A stretch of DNA of 64,000 nt, taken from assembly GCA_047495785.1 (NCBI GenBank), contig JBLDXI010000029.1, positions 2,852,001-2,916,000 on the forward strand, in the 5' to 3' direction. Every line of letters starts with the position of its first letter. Within the stretch, counting starts at the first letter, position 1. The position numbers and the translations under genes were made by a program. Below the pieces are notes generated by a model that worked only from the letters and a program-made list of their open reading frames with translations, did not search any database and had not been told where the DNA came from. The DNA is from Lepidodermella squamata (Eukaryota; Animalia; Gastrotricha). Positions 50,610-62,054 of the stretch are shown here, in pieces.

Positions 50610-50925
50610 GTTCGCTTGTTCTTTGCCGTTTCAGGAATCTTAGAATCCAGAATCATGGAATCTTGAAGCTTACCTGAGTTAGACAGTTTCTGAGCAACTA
50701 GGATCCAACCTTTTCTGGCGTTGAAATAAATATCCCGCTTTATGTGTGTGTTTTTACGAGTCGAACACGTGCAAACACATTGGTATTATAGCGACACCTC
50801 TACTCATAAAATATTAATGACCTACACTGCAGCCACTAGTATCAAGCTTTCCACTACTGAAAATTTGTTTTTATGCCGCATGCATTGTACTAGACAGAGT
50901 TTTAATAGCCAAAGCCACAAAAGTA

Positions 50926-52537
50926 ATGGACAACGCGCCGCCTAGAAGCAGGCAGCGAAGGGACGCTCTACACCACAGTCTATCTTCTAAATACTTTATC
51001 GAAAAACTGCGAGTGCCAAACTCGCCACATCCATTACTCGCAACAAAATGCGGTTTAAATTCCGTGCCAGCCAAATGGCTAGATGCCCAACGGAAAAACA
51101 GCGTGTCTAGCCTGCCAGGAAGCGTCTTACTCGATAAAATGACAGTGGCTTCGAGGCGTAGGTCGATTTTCGAACTAGTTGCCACCCCTGTTTTGCAGCA
51201 GCTGCATCAATTGAAGGAAGCAGAGGAAAGGCTTGATTACGACGACCCGTTCGATCAAACGTTCGAATCAGCCGAATCTTGGTCTTCGCTTATGAATCAG
51301 GATAACTCGAACATCACTGACCAACAGCATTTGGAGCATCTCCTTGCTCAGGGCATTCCGAAGCATCTCAGAGGAAAAGTATGGCTTTGGCTCCTGAATA
51401 GAGAGCTTACAATAATCGGCCGTAAATCTGCTGTTCCTGCTGTTACGAAAGAAGATTACGATAACCTAGTCAAAACAGCGGATAGCGCCTCAGATTCCTG
51501 TACCCAAATCAAGCTGGACATAGGCCGAACCTTCCCTGGGCATTCGTTTTTCTCCGGTAAGGATTCTGCTGGCCAGATTGGTCTAGGGAATGTTTTGAAG
51601 GCCTATTCCCAGCTTGACAAAGAAGTAGGCTACTGCCAGGGCCTTGCTTTCATCGCCGGGGTCCTGCTCATGCATACAAGTTGCGAATTCTCAGCTTTTG
51701 AACTGATGTTGGGCCTGATGTATGGATTCGGCTATCGGAGCGTTTTTCAGCCTGATATGATCGGTCTTCACAGGAGTCTTTACCAAATTACGAGACTTTT
51801 AGACACCTTGGAGCCAATTCTGTTGTCTCATTTACTTGTTCATCAAGCTCTGCCAGATTTATTTGCTCCACCATGGTTTCTCACGATTTTCGCCAGCAAC
51901 TTCCCACTGCCATTTGTGGTCAGAATTTTCGGTAATTTTATAGCTTTTTTCTGAAGCATTGCTAAAAACTGAAGACTTTTAGATCTGATTTTCTATGGAA
52001 ATTTTGAGATGATTTTTCGCGTCATTTATCTGATGATTTCAATGCATGAAACTACGCTGATGACTGAAGAAGAGGAAGGCCTCGAAAGCATTATGCGGTT
52101 TTTCAAAACCACCCTGCCGGAAAGTAGTGTCGCCCTACTGCCTCCAATTTTCAATAAGGTTTGCCTTAACATTAAAAAATTTAAACTTGTAATCTTCAAT
52201 GCACTTTTTTTAGATCTTCACTTTCGATTTCTCTGTTGAGCTCGATCGATTCGCTGTTGAATACGGCGTGTTCCGTGAAGAGCGGGAAGCCATCGAAGAT
52301 GCTGAACTAGCTTTACATTTTCGCTTCGAAGAAACGCAAAATCCGACCATTCTGCTAAATGGCCACGAGGTCCAAAACGAGCCTAACAACAGCGACCTAG
52401 CGAAACAGCTCAACGAAGCTCGGCTCAATATTGAAGAACTGACTATCCAAGTCCATACGCTGAGAAATTTACTCGCTCAAAAAGACATAGCTATAGAACA
52501 ACTGCGCGAAGAAAACGCACGTTTGTTGCAGAAATAA
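50926..52537 (+). CDS. TBC-domain RabGAP, TBC1D1/TBC1D4(AS160)-like (exons 50926-51931, 51983-52158, 52214-52537)
   Basis: GIPKHLRGKVW, IKLDIGRTFP (R finger), YCQG (Q finger) and APPWFLTIFAS. Subfamily-type motifs RRSIFELVATP and ELDRFAVEYGVFREE. C-terminal coiled coil. Confidence 0.9.
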
Positions 52538-52700
52538 AATTCGATATTGCACCGGCCAAGTGCTTAGGAATTACGCGGTCTTTATTTAGAAACAGCCGCG
52601 AGATATCATCGATTTTAAGGCGGAACAATTAGCCGGTATCTATATCACTAATGCCGTATCGTTGTAGTATGAGGAGTAATGTTAGTTTTAGTACAAAAAA

Positions 52701-54257
52701 ATGCCGAAAAATCACTCCTCAGTACAACCGGTGCTTGAAACCGCCCAAGACCACAGCGTTTGGGTCCCTCAAAATCACCAGGTTCAACGGCAATACAGCT
52801 TGAGTGACTCATTCTCAGTGCATACCGATTCCTCCATCGACCGTTTCGAGCAAGAAAATGGCGTTCGGAAGTTTATGAGAACTAGAAAGTGCTGTCTATG
52901 CCGTATCGTCGCAGTTCTAGTTACCATCGTTGTAATCATGGCAATAGCTGGGATAGCGGCTGGAGCAGTCCTAGCAAGTCAACGGCCACCCTCAGCCAAG
53001 GAAAAATCGGCTGAAGAATCGAAGCTGGCCAGTTTTGACGTTCCTGTCAATGAAATTATGCCTGTTTCGAGCAGGCAATCGAAGCAAGCGAAGAAGCCTA
53101 GTACTCTTGCGCCTGAAACTTTCGACGACTACGGCGAATTCAATGAATCCGATTATATTGATTACGATGATAATACGCTAAATTTCACTGGTTTTTATCA
53201 GTACAAGCTAAACAATCTTCGGAATTCAAACCAAACGCAGAATTGGAAGGAAAGTAACTCAACCCTCAACTTCACATCTGTTGACTCGGATGCCCCTATT
53301 TCGTCGCTACATTCAGCTTTGAAGATCCTCAGTTCAAGGATCGATCGCGTTTTGGCGGGTTCAAACATCTCAACAAACTACGGCAATAAATCCCGGAATT
53401 CTATGGACTCTTCTAATACTACTTCTATCCCATTTGTAGAAGCCCCTGATCCCCTGCATTTTTACAATGATACAACCCATGTTACTGTAACAATGCAAAT
53501 TTCAACTCAAGAACCATTACACTTGCCCACGATTGATTCTGAACCCGAAAATTCGATGCTCGAGGGTGATGCTGTAGGAGAAACCGAAGGGGCCAACAAC
53601 GGATTCATAAATTTTGCTAGTGCTGCGTTTCCGTTTTTCTTCCCCGTGTCAGGAATGCTTCTTCCCGAAGCTTCTTCGAGCGACGATTCTGAAAGCCATG
53701 GTCAAGTCGAATCTGGTCGTTCAAAAGAGATAATTCCCATTTCCAAGGGTCCAATGCTCGAAATGAGTGCATCCGCCCCTCCTTTCCTTCAAATGAGCTA
53801 TCACACAATGTCTAGCTCTCTTAAAGCTGCTCCAGAGGTTACCGAAGCTGTAGCGCAGAGTAAAGAAGTAGAAAACATCGCCAACTGTCTGGGCATGACT
53901 TGTGATCAACTCATGGCCATCGCCATCGATTTAATCAGCAACTACACCGACCAAAAATGTCGGCGTTTTGTATTTTGTGCCAGTCACTTAGAGTCAACAA
54001 CTCCGATCGTAGCATTGGACAAACTCAAACAGCAATGGATTTCGAGCAAAACAAAACTTCATATCAAAGGATTAGGTTTGTATCAACACTTTGAATCATC
54101 GTGAATTTAAGTTTTGAATTTTTCAGATGCGGATGATTTCGCGTATTTGAAGAGCGAAATAGCCAGTGCTGGGAGTAGTTCCATGAATCCTACCTACCTC
54201 ACATGTGTCAAAATGTTAGAAGCACTATTGAAAACTTGCGTGAAAAGCAGAAAATAG
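52701..54257 (+). CDS. Type II single-pass glycoprotein with Ser/Thr/Asn-rich stalk and C-terminal Cys-containing domain (intron 54076-54126)
   Basis: RKCCLCR precedes the TM IVAVLVTIVVIMAIAGIAAGAVLA. Many N-x-S/T sequons. Spliced C-terminus ...IKGLDADDFAYLKSEI...YLTCVKMLEALLKTCVKSRK. Confidence 0.72.
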
Positions 54258-54469
54258 CTGCGAATTGTTTTTGAATAAATCAATCAAACCATTTGTCATA
54301 ATTAGGGCAAATTATTGCCCCTTGCAATTCCCGAAAAATTCGTCTGAGCTATCCCTATGAGGCATCCTACGAGATGACTGTGTTCGGGCTCATGGGAAAA
54401 TGAGGACAAAAATAGGAAATTATGCTAAAATAAACTTCATTTACTCTGAATTTTCCCACAAAAGCTGAG

Positions 54470-55561
54470 ATGTCTGGTAAATTTCTGATATTCAGCTTGA
54501 TTTTGGTCGAAGTTTGCAGCGCTCAATCCTCAGGATTTTGTAGAGATCTAGCTAGCAACTGTGAGTACCTAAATTCGCGATTCACAAGACCAAACAAGGG
54601 ACCTGTTGAAGTCAGCGCGGTCTTCTCTCCATTTTCATTTGTTGGAATCGACGATATCGCCCAGACATTCTCGCTACAGGCTATGTTTGTTTTCTCATGG
54701 CATCTCCCGCAATGTGCAGTATGGAACGCTACAACAAAACCAGTGTCTGAATGTTGGTTCTCAAAGGAGTACATCTGGAGGCCGAAAGTAGACATCTGGA
54801 ACCAAATCGGCAGTTCGTCGGAGTTTTTCTCCGACTACAGCAGTGACATTTTGGTGTTGAACACCGGCGAGGCGCAGTGGTCTGCCAAGGGCGTTTTCGT
54901 CACATCATGCTCTCTCAACCTCATTAAATTCCCATTCGACGTGCAACGATGTCGGGTGATACTAACCGGATTCCAGGGCCTCAAGTCTGAAAAGCAACTC
55001 TGGTTCACGAACGATACGAAAATCTCAGATTTCATCGGAGCATTCGGCAACGAAGCAGATATTTGGCTTCTGGAAAAATCTGAAACGGAGATTAAAAACG
55101 ATTTGAATGCCGTAAATTACCTGTTCTACATGCGACGAAAGTCGAATTACTACTTCGGCACAATTTTCCTGCCTACCTTCCTTCTAGCTGCGATGATTCT
55201 AGGCACCCTCGCCTTCCCGCCAGAAATACCAGACCGGTCATCGTTCGCCGTCACTGTCTTCCTAGCCTTCGTCTTCTTACAAGGCGTTTTCTATTCTTCA
55301 ATACCTAAAACTTCATCGACAATGCATATGGTAACGTATCTAAGTTGCCACAACGGCGCTTCCGTTTTCATAACTCTTTGGTCTCTGATTTCTTGCCGCT
55401 TATCCACGAGGCAAAAATCATTTGCCAAGTCGAAAATTCATTTTTTCAAATTTTATTTCAAAACGGTAGATTTTTTTGATTTCATCATTTTTCTTGTCTC
55501 GCTGAATTTCATTTTCATAGTCAATGCTGTGTTTTTCTCGTTGGTACTATCAACTGAGTAA
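54470..55561 (+). CDS. Intronless short Cys-loop ligand-gated ion channel subunit
   Basis: Signal peptide, TRP, IWRPKV, Cys-loop CSLNLIKFPFDVQRC, RRKSNYY-M1, PDR-M2, very short M3-M4 loop. Confidence 0.93.
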   Translation: MSGKFLIFSLILVEVCSAQSSGFCRDLASNCEYLNSRFTRPNKGPVEVSAVFSPFSFVGIDDIAQTFSLQAMFVFSWHLPQCAVWNATTKPVSECWFSKEYIWRPKVDIWNQIGSSSEFFSDYSSDILVLNTGEAQWSAKGVFVTSCSLNLIKFPFDVQRCRVILTGFQGLKSEKQLWFTNDTKISDFIGAFGNEADIWLLEKSETEIKNDLNAVNYLFYMRRKSNYYFGTIFLPTFLLAAMILGTLAFPPEIPDRSSFAVTVFLAFVFLQGVFYSSIPKTSSTMHMVTYLSCHNGASVFITLWSLISCRLSTRQKSFAKSKIHFFKFYFKTVDFFDFIIFLVSLNFIFIVNAVFFSLVLSTE

Positions 55562-58069
55562 TTTTATCGAATAAACGGGTTAATTTAGTCCAAAAAACGG
55601 CGATGCTAGTAGAAATTGTGTACGGCAGGTAGACAGCTGCCATAATGAATGCCTCATGGGGATGATCACGAACTATGGCCTGAATCATACATATCGCTAC
55701 GAACAGCACTGAACTGTTCAAAATCGCAATTCCATACGTCCTAGCGTGGGCAAAGTAGCACTCAGCTTTCGCACGAGATTTACGAGTCAAATACGTCATG
55801 ATCAGGCCAATTGTTAGCGCTGTGAGGTGGCAACAGGCAAACGCACCGAGGAATGCCAGCTCGGTACCGCCTTCGCAGTCGGAATATTCGAAGATGATAT
55901 GCGCATCAAGTGACTCATCGTACGACTGAGCGACAACAACTTGGAAAGCACGAACAGGATCGTAGATAGCCCAGATTGATACTACTATCAAATTACTCAA
56001 TACGAATATTCTCGCGAGCTTGAAGACCGATTTCACCTCTTTCCTAGATTCGTTTTGAAGGGCGAGAGATGAACGCTGAGTCGTAAAGGTAGACAGCCGA
56101 TTTCGCGACTTGTCGCGGGTTTTACGCTTCATGAGCCTATCGAATTTGCGAATCGCGTAATACAGGACAACACTTCTCGCGGCTATAAGTCCGTTTACGA
56201 TTGAAAATCCGACAACGGCAAAAGCAAAGTGCTGCATACAGAAGAAATCGTCCCATGTAGTATCCCGTTTGTTCTCGAGGTAGAACGGAATAGAAAAGTC
56301 GATGAAAAGGAAACCGGTCAGAATTGCTAGGTCATGCAACTTGGCCAATCGATTCCGGTCGAAAAATGAGTATATCATTAGGGAAACGTGGAACAATCCA
56401 CTTAACGATGCCCCGGCTTCAAGTAATCTAAGGTAGATTTCCCGCTCGTATGTGACGTAGAATGTATCGGGAAATTCCTTATGTTCCTCTAGTGGAATTT
56501 CTGTGACCTGACGAAAATTCCAGCTTGAGATGTCGGAAACATTCTTTGATTGATTCCGCTTAGCCGTAAACAGCAGAACGAACCCAGAATCCCGGTTCCA
56601 CTGGTAGACACTCATCAGTTCGTCGTCAAATTCCAACCTCTGAGAGTAACGCTTCTTCCCAACTCTAAGGCTTTGATACTCACTAGCCATAGCAGTTTTG
56701 ATGAGGATTTTCTTCACCAATTTCGGCTTGGAATAGTGGCTAAGTAACGATTCATTCATCATCCTCAAGTCCCTATCAGCTTGATCTAAAATCTGAATCG
56801 ATTGCAGCATAGCGTCGTGGCACATGAATCGTTCGATGTATCCAGGGTTTTTCTCGCCTTTCGTTAGGTTTTGAAAGGCCTCCTCAAAATCGAGCAAATC
56901 ATAGCCTAGAAAATTACGACTGTAATTTTGGCGCGGAAACATAAATTCGCCGACCCAATATATTCGTTCCAGCTGAGACCGCAGCATCTCCGCGGTACAG
57001 CCTTCAGAAAAATTGCCAGCAAGATCTGTATCAGGGTCGAAAATTCCGGAGGACAGAGCGATAAAGACAAATCTTGGCCCGCGGATGTCATTCCTATAGG
57101 CCTCGCAGAGAAAGTCCATGATGTCGCGAACTTCCGTCAAAGCTAGAATGATTATCCTAAATTCACTAGCCTTAACTGCGCTGACAACCCATGGTAGCGT
57201 CAAATCTGTGACAGCATCCAGAACTCGGAGTCGAACTCCATTATTATTCAACATCTTTCCTAGGGCGATAAGGTCTTGGCTTTCTTGATTTGTATCCATG
57301 CTTCCGATGAGAGTTACATTTCGCCATTTGCCAATGTTAGCGACGAAAGCGGCGAGGAGATTTGATGTAAGGGATAGAAGTGGCTTTGAACGGAAAACAT
57401 TTTTCTGGAATATATCTTCGCGTTCATCAGATGAAGAGTCCATGCAACTTGTTGGCACTGCTACCATGTCGAGGTTCTCCATAACAGCACTCATATGCTG
57501 GCACCCTTGCTGCAAAAATTGAAAACCATTAGAAACATCTTTAAAATTTACCGAAGCTTTGAAAATAATTCAATTCTCAATTTTGCTAAACAATACCGAA
57601 ACTTGAATTATTTAATTTTAAAGAATTTCCAGTGGTCCGACTTGGGGGATTTTTGAGCCGATATGTCATAATCATCATTCAAGTTTTTCGTGAAATTCGA
57701 AGGGCAGAGAGTCGTTCTGAGCAGTGTAATTTGGAATACGAGTTTTCCTACCGAGAAATATGGGCCAACAACCAATGGCGAAATCGGAGTATCCAGTGTT
57801 TCGCTTTGGCCGAATTGAAACGTTTTGTTTATCGCTAGGATGCTCTTATCACCCTCATCTTGAAACTCGGTCTCAACGTAGTAGTCGGGCAGATAGCCGG
57901 GATTTCGATTAAGAGCGTCTATCGCGACTTGCATAGCAGCTTGGCACATGTCTCCATGGCGCGGTTCATTGCCAGTTGACGGGACAAACGCCAGAAATCT
58001 CATATTTACCACTGCTTCCAGAACAGCTAGCTCGAGCATGCATAGAATTGCTATTCGGAATGTGAGCAT
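55521..58069 (-). CDS. Class C GPCR, GABA-B-like (Venus flytrap + 7TM, no Cys-rich domain); exons 58069-57752 and 57509-55521
   Basis: AMQVAIDALNRNPGYLPDY and VVGPYFS|QGC (VFT N-lobe), FLCEAYRNDIRGPRFVFI, CHDAM, seven hydrophobic helices including W...DP (TM4) and YLTR (TM5). Confidence 0.88.
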
Positions 58070-58783
58070 GTTTTTAGGTGATAGCAAAGTGTTGTGATAC
58101 GCAAGGAATATTCCATGCTCTCAAGCGCTAATTAGGTAGCTATATACTCGAGACATTTATTCTCAGAGTCGTGCCATCTCAAAAACAAGACAGCACGGAA
58201 CATGGATATTTTCCGGGCCTATTTGAGATGCAATTTGATTGAGATCCAACCACGTCCTCAAGAAAGTTTATAGTCCTAATAGGCAGGTATAATCCTTAAC
58301 TATAATTTCACTAATAGATTATGGTGATGCGCCTTTGAGTCAGTGTGCAAAGTACCAGGGGTGCGGAAGGGGGGTTCCGTACCCCTACCGTACCTCCCAC
58401 TTCGAGAGTTTCAGGCAAGAAAACCCCAGAACCACAGGGTCAGATAAATTCGGGGTTGAAAATGACTAAACCTATCCCCCTCCCCACATTGAGATTGTAG
58501 TACCATTTCGACTTTGATACTCTGTATGCCCTTTAAAATATGGACGGTGACGAATTCGCACCTTGACATAGTTTTTAGGATTTTCTCTCCTAGAGAAGTG
58601 AACATGAATGTTCGCCGACACATCACATATTCTGAAGTAAACACTGGCATGTATAGCTTGGTGTCAAAAAACAGGCCAGTTGCGTCCGCATCTGTTCAAA
58701 TAAATCTAACGATAAACCCGTGTTTTTACATTACGGCTCTTACATCAAAAAGCAATTTATTAGTATTAACACTGAAATCAGAC

Positions 58784-59908
58784 ATGGAATTTAAATTAAC
58801 ATCTTATCTGGCTCTGCTAACCTTAAGTTCATTGATTAGTGGCCAATCAGTTGATCTGGGCAGCTTACTCCTAGACAATTGCCACATTGCGCCAAATGTG
58901 AATTCACCATTCGAATTAGAAGGCAAGCCTGCTTTAATAGCCGCAGAATTCGCCTTAGACCGAATCCTCGGCATTGATGACGTGGCTGAATCTGCAGCTG
59001 TAATCGGCCTATTTCAAATGGCTTGGAACGTGCCATGCGTAGCTCAATACGCCGCCAGCAATCCAGACTGGCCAGTCAATGTTAATGAATTGGTCAACGA
59101 AGATCCAACTAGATTCTGGCGGCCTACTATCGTCCACAGAAATTCGCTAGCAGGCATCGGCCTAGGCGATGATAGCTACAGCCGCCAAATCGTAATCGAT
59201 GTCCGGGGAGGAAATTTCGTCTACATATTAGCTGGACGTTTCGAATCTTACTGCGATTTGGATTTCTACAACTTCCCATTTGACGAACAAACTTGCTGGG
59301 CAACAATCACGCTTAACATCCCAGTGCAATACGCCCAATTTGTAAAAGCTAGTGGGGTAAGCCTCGAGCAGGTTTTGGCGACTACTTCGGTTTGGTCGCT
59401 AACAAGTGGCGTTGCCAATATTACGACCTATTCATCCCCTGTCGCAAATTTCACCGAGTTCAACTTGTATTCAACCATCAAGCGGAAACCCGAGTACTAC
59501 ATGACGAATTTCTTCATTCCTAACGTTATCTTAGGCATTTTGGTTCTCGCTGCTTTCCTAATCCCGCCCGACACGCCTGATCGCGCTTCCTTCGCCTGCA
59601 CGATCCTACTGTCAATTTTCATCATTCAAGACCACATCTTAGCCACATTGCCCAAGTCTTCCAACACAGTACTCGCCTATGACTACATCCTTGTCTGTAC
59701 ATTCTTCGCAGCAGTTTGCTGCATCTACGCCGCGCTCATGTGCCAACTTATATCAAGCTTCCCTGCCATTATGAAAGCGAAAATGTGCCTCGTATTCCGA
59801 AAACAGATGCGCTTCTGTCATTTTATCGACATGATTGCCTTTACAAGTGCCATCATATTTGAGCTCGGTTTCTCAGCTTATTACTACAACAAAGCAACAA
59901 ATTATTGA
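58784..59908 (+). CDS. Intronless short Cys-loop ligand-gated ion channel subunit (paralogue of 54470)
   Basis: True start MEFKLTSYLALL (signal peptide). FWRPTI, Cys-loop CDLDFYNFPFDEQTC, KRKPEYY-M1, PDR-M2, short M3-M4 loop. Confidence 0.93.
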   Translation: MEFKLTSYLALLTLSSLISGQSVDLGSLLLDNCHIAPNVNSPFELEGKPALIAAEFALDRILGIDDVAESAAVIGLFQMAWNVPCVAQYAASNPDWPVNVNELVNEDPTRFWRPTIVHRNSLAGIGLGDDSYSRQIVIDVRGGNFVYILAGRFESYCDLDFYNFPFDEQTCWATITLNIPVQYAQFVKASGVSLEQVLATTSVWSLTSGVANITTYSSPVANFTEFNLYSTIKRKPEYYMTNFFIPNVILGILVLAAFLIPPDTPDRASFACTILLSIFIIQDHILATLPKSSNTVLAYDYILVCTFFAAVCCIYAALMCQLISSFPAIMKAKMCLVFRKQMRFCHFIDMIAFTSAIIFELGFSAYYYNKATNY

Positions 59909-59971
59909 AAAATCCTCCTTAAAAATATCATTTTTAAAGCTTTCAGGTGATTTTTCTTCGGGTAAATAAAA

Positions 59972-61531
59972 ATGTGGTGTTTTTTGAGTATTTTTGTTGT
60001 ACTCCATGCCTTGAATGTGAGGGCCGGCTTCATTCTCGAAGATGGGACTATGAAACTCGATATTTCGCTCACCGACGGCTCGCTTCAACCATCGGCTTTA
60101 GCTTTCTTGTTCTACGATTGCGGCTATTTTTGCCTGGATGATTTTTTCACGGTCGAATTGGATTTGGTCATCCGAAATTCAACGGATTTCTCATTTATTG
60201 CGAATGGTTCTGTTATATTATCGAGTTACGCGAACAGGAATCACGTTCCTTCAATTTCGATAACTGGCGCTGGCTTTCTTTCGATTTTATTCAAAGACTG
60301 CGGATTCCAGGGTAACTCTTTCTTTTATAGACCTGCACGGACATCTTGGTATGAAGGCGGGAGGATCATTGTTTTCAGTTTACCAACAAGCGAACAAAAT
60401 CCTATCAATGCGTTATTTCTAGGCTTCCGTGCAGCCGATTCTACAGCCGACATTCAAAGGATAATTCCCAAGTTCGCAAATTGCGAAAATTTCGCCAATA
60501 CAACGCGTGGAATCACAATCCATCAAACGAAGCTAAAAATGTCCTACGCAAAAAAGTTTGATCGTGTGAAAACAATGATTTTCGATCGAGACATACGCGA
60601 TGAGTTGAATGAAAACAGAACTTATAGCGATATTTATGCCAATCTAAGCGCTGGCTGCCCGAAATACTGTTCCCCATTTTTGTATCAATCTTCGAAATTG
60701 CGTCGATACAACGAGCTGGTTTGTCGACCTGGAGATATCAACAGAATGCACGATTTGGAATGGTGGCGATGTGGCTCGGATTCTGGGAAATATGGCAACA
60801 CGCGTTTGCGGGTTGCTAGTCTGCCAAAAAGGGTCACGCTTCAATGCTACAACGACCATACATCTAAAGTTGAGTGGCAATTTTACGACAAACAAATCGG
60901 TGATTATCGAAGTTTTTCCAACCCTCAACATTCGGATGAACTTGTTGTTATGAACGAAAATAAGGGACTTCGCTGCCTGAATGACAGGCATGTAATTGCT
61001 GAATATTACATCGAAGATGCTAGCGATTATTTTCAAAGCTGCACGTTTGAAAATGCGACCTTTTTGAATCAAGATGCGGGGTTTATCGATTTGTCTATGA
61101 CGTCACTCAATAGCGTAAAATTCACCTGTGTCATTAAGCCAGATGAAAAATTCGAAGTTATACAAGGTCTTCAAGCGAAAGCGCAGTTTTCGTACAACAA
61201 CGTTATTTTTCCGTTATTTTCCTACGAAGCGAAAATTCGATTCTTCGCCGAAAGCGAGAATTCTGAATTCGACCTGTTCGAAACTTCTTCAGAACGATTT
61301 TTGAAAGTGGAGGTAAATATGGATATTTCGTACCAAAGTCGAAAGGAATACTGCTGGAGGAATCTTGGTTCTATGCAACCGAAATTGCAAATTTTGATCG
61401 AATTCCCGGGTTCAAGGGTTCCTATAATAATTGGCGAATTTTTCGTTTTATGCCATAATTCGCATCGGCCGGAAGAAACTTCCGAAAATGACTTGTTGAT
61501 GATAGCAAAACAAAGTATTTGTAACAAATGA
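59972..61531 (+). CDS. Intronless secreted protein with probable Ig-like domain(s), function unknown
   Basis: 519-aa ORF with signal peptide and an Ig-like pattern VTLQC...VEWQF...LVV...LRC. No TM segment. Confidence 0.65.
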   Translation: MWCFLSIFVVLHALNVRAGFILEDGTMKLDISLTDGSLQPSALAFLFYDCGYFCLDDFFTVELDLVIRNSTDFSFIANGSVILSSYANRNHVPSISITGAGFLSILFKDCGFQGNSFFYRPARTSWYEGGRIIVFSLPTSEQNPINALFLGFRAADSTADIQRIIPKFANCENFANTTRGITIHQTKLKMSYAKKFDRVKTMIFDRDIRDELNENRTYSDIYANLSAGCPKYCSPFLYQSSKLRRYNELVCRPGDINRMHDLEWWRCGSDSGKYGNTRLRVASLPKRVTLQCYNDHTSKVEWQFYDKQIGDYRSFSNPQHSDELVVMNENKGLRCLNDRHVIAEYYIEDASDYFQSCTFENATFLNQDAGFIDLSMTSLNSVKFTCVIKPDEKFEVIQGLQAKAQFSYNNVIFPLFSYEAKIRFFAESENSEFDLFETSSERFLKVEVNMDISYQSRKEYCWRNLGSMQPKLQILIEFPGSRVPIIIGEFFVLCHNSHRPEETSENDLLMIAKQSICNK

Positions 61532-62054
61532 CTTTATTTGAATAAATTCCCGATCTATTCTGAATTGAAAACTATTTGAAGTCGAGCAACGTCCATTACA
61601 GTATCTTCGCTTAACATTTCGCAGCTTTTTGAGATAGTTGACCATTGCAGCAGCGACTTGATAATCTCGACAGCTTCTTCAAGCTTCGCCATGATGTAAT
61701 CAGCCAGTTTCGAGCGCCAACTTAGCAGTTTTTGATGATAGGGCATGTTGTTATATATTTTGAGACGGAAATACCTGTTTTTTCGTTAAGTGCGAAAAAT
61801 TTGCTCTAGAAGCTGCACCCGTTTCCGAGTCTACTAAATACTTGCTATCCCTTGGCGAAAAATCGATGCGACGAGGCACGCGCGATAAGCAGCTCACACG
61901 TCTGTCACTGCCCACTAACGTCATTGATTATCAGACTAAATAGCTGCTGATTTGGCACGGAAAGAAGCCTGTGGAATTTCACTACGCTTAAAAACATTTA
62001 TTTCACGCTAATAATCACGAAACAGGACGCGGTGACCACGTAATTACAGCTATA

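Noticed and set aside
58356-58783. 90-aa N-terminal extension of ORF 58514 and a possible CAGGGG-ended MITE
   Set aside because: The signal peptide starts at Met 58784, so the extension is likely non-coding. The element lacks a clear TSD.
61555-61746. 63-aa minus-strand ORF with helical character
   Set aside because: It is short, has no recognisable homology, and the nearby splice signals do not give a consistent frame.
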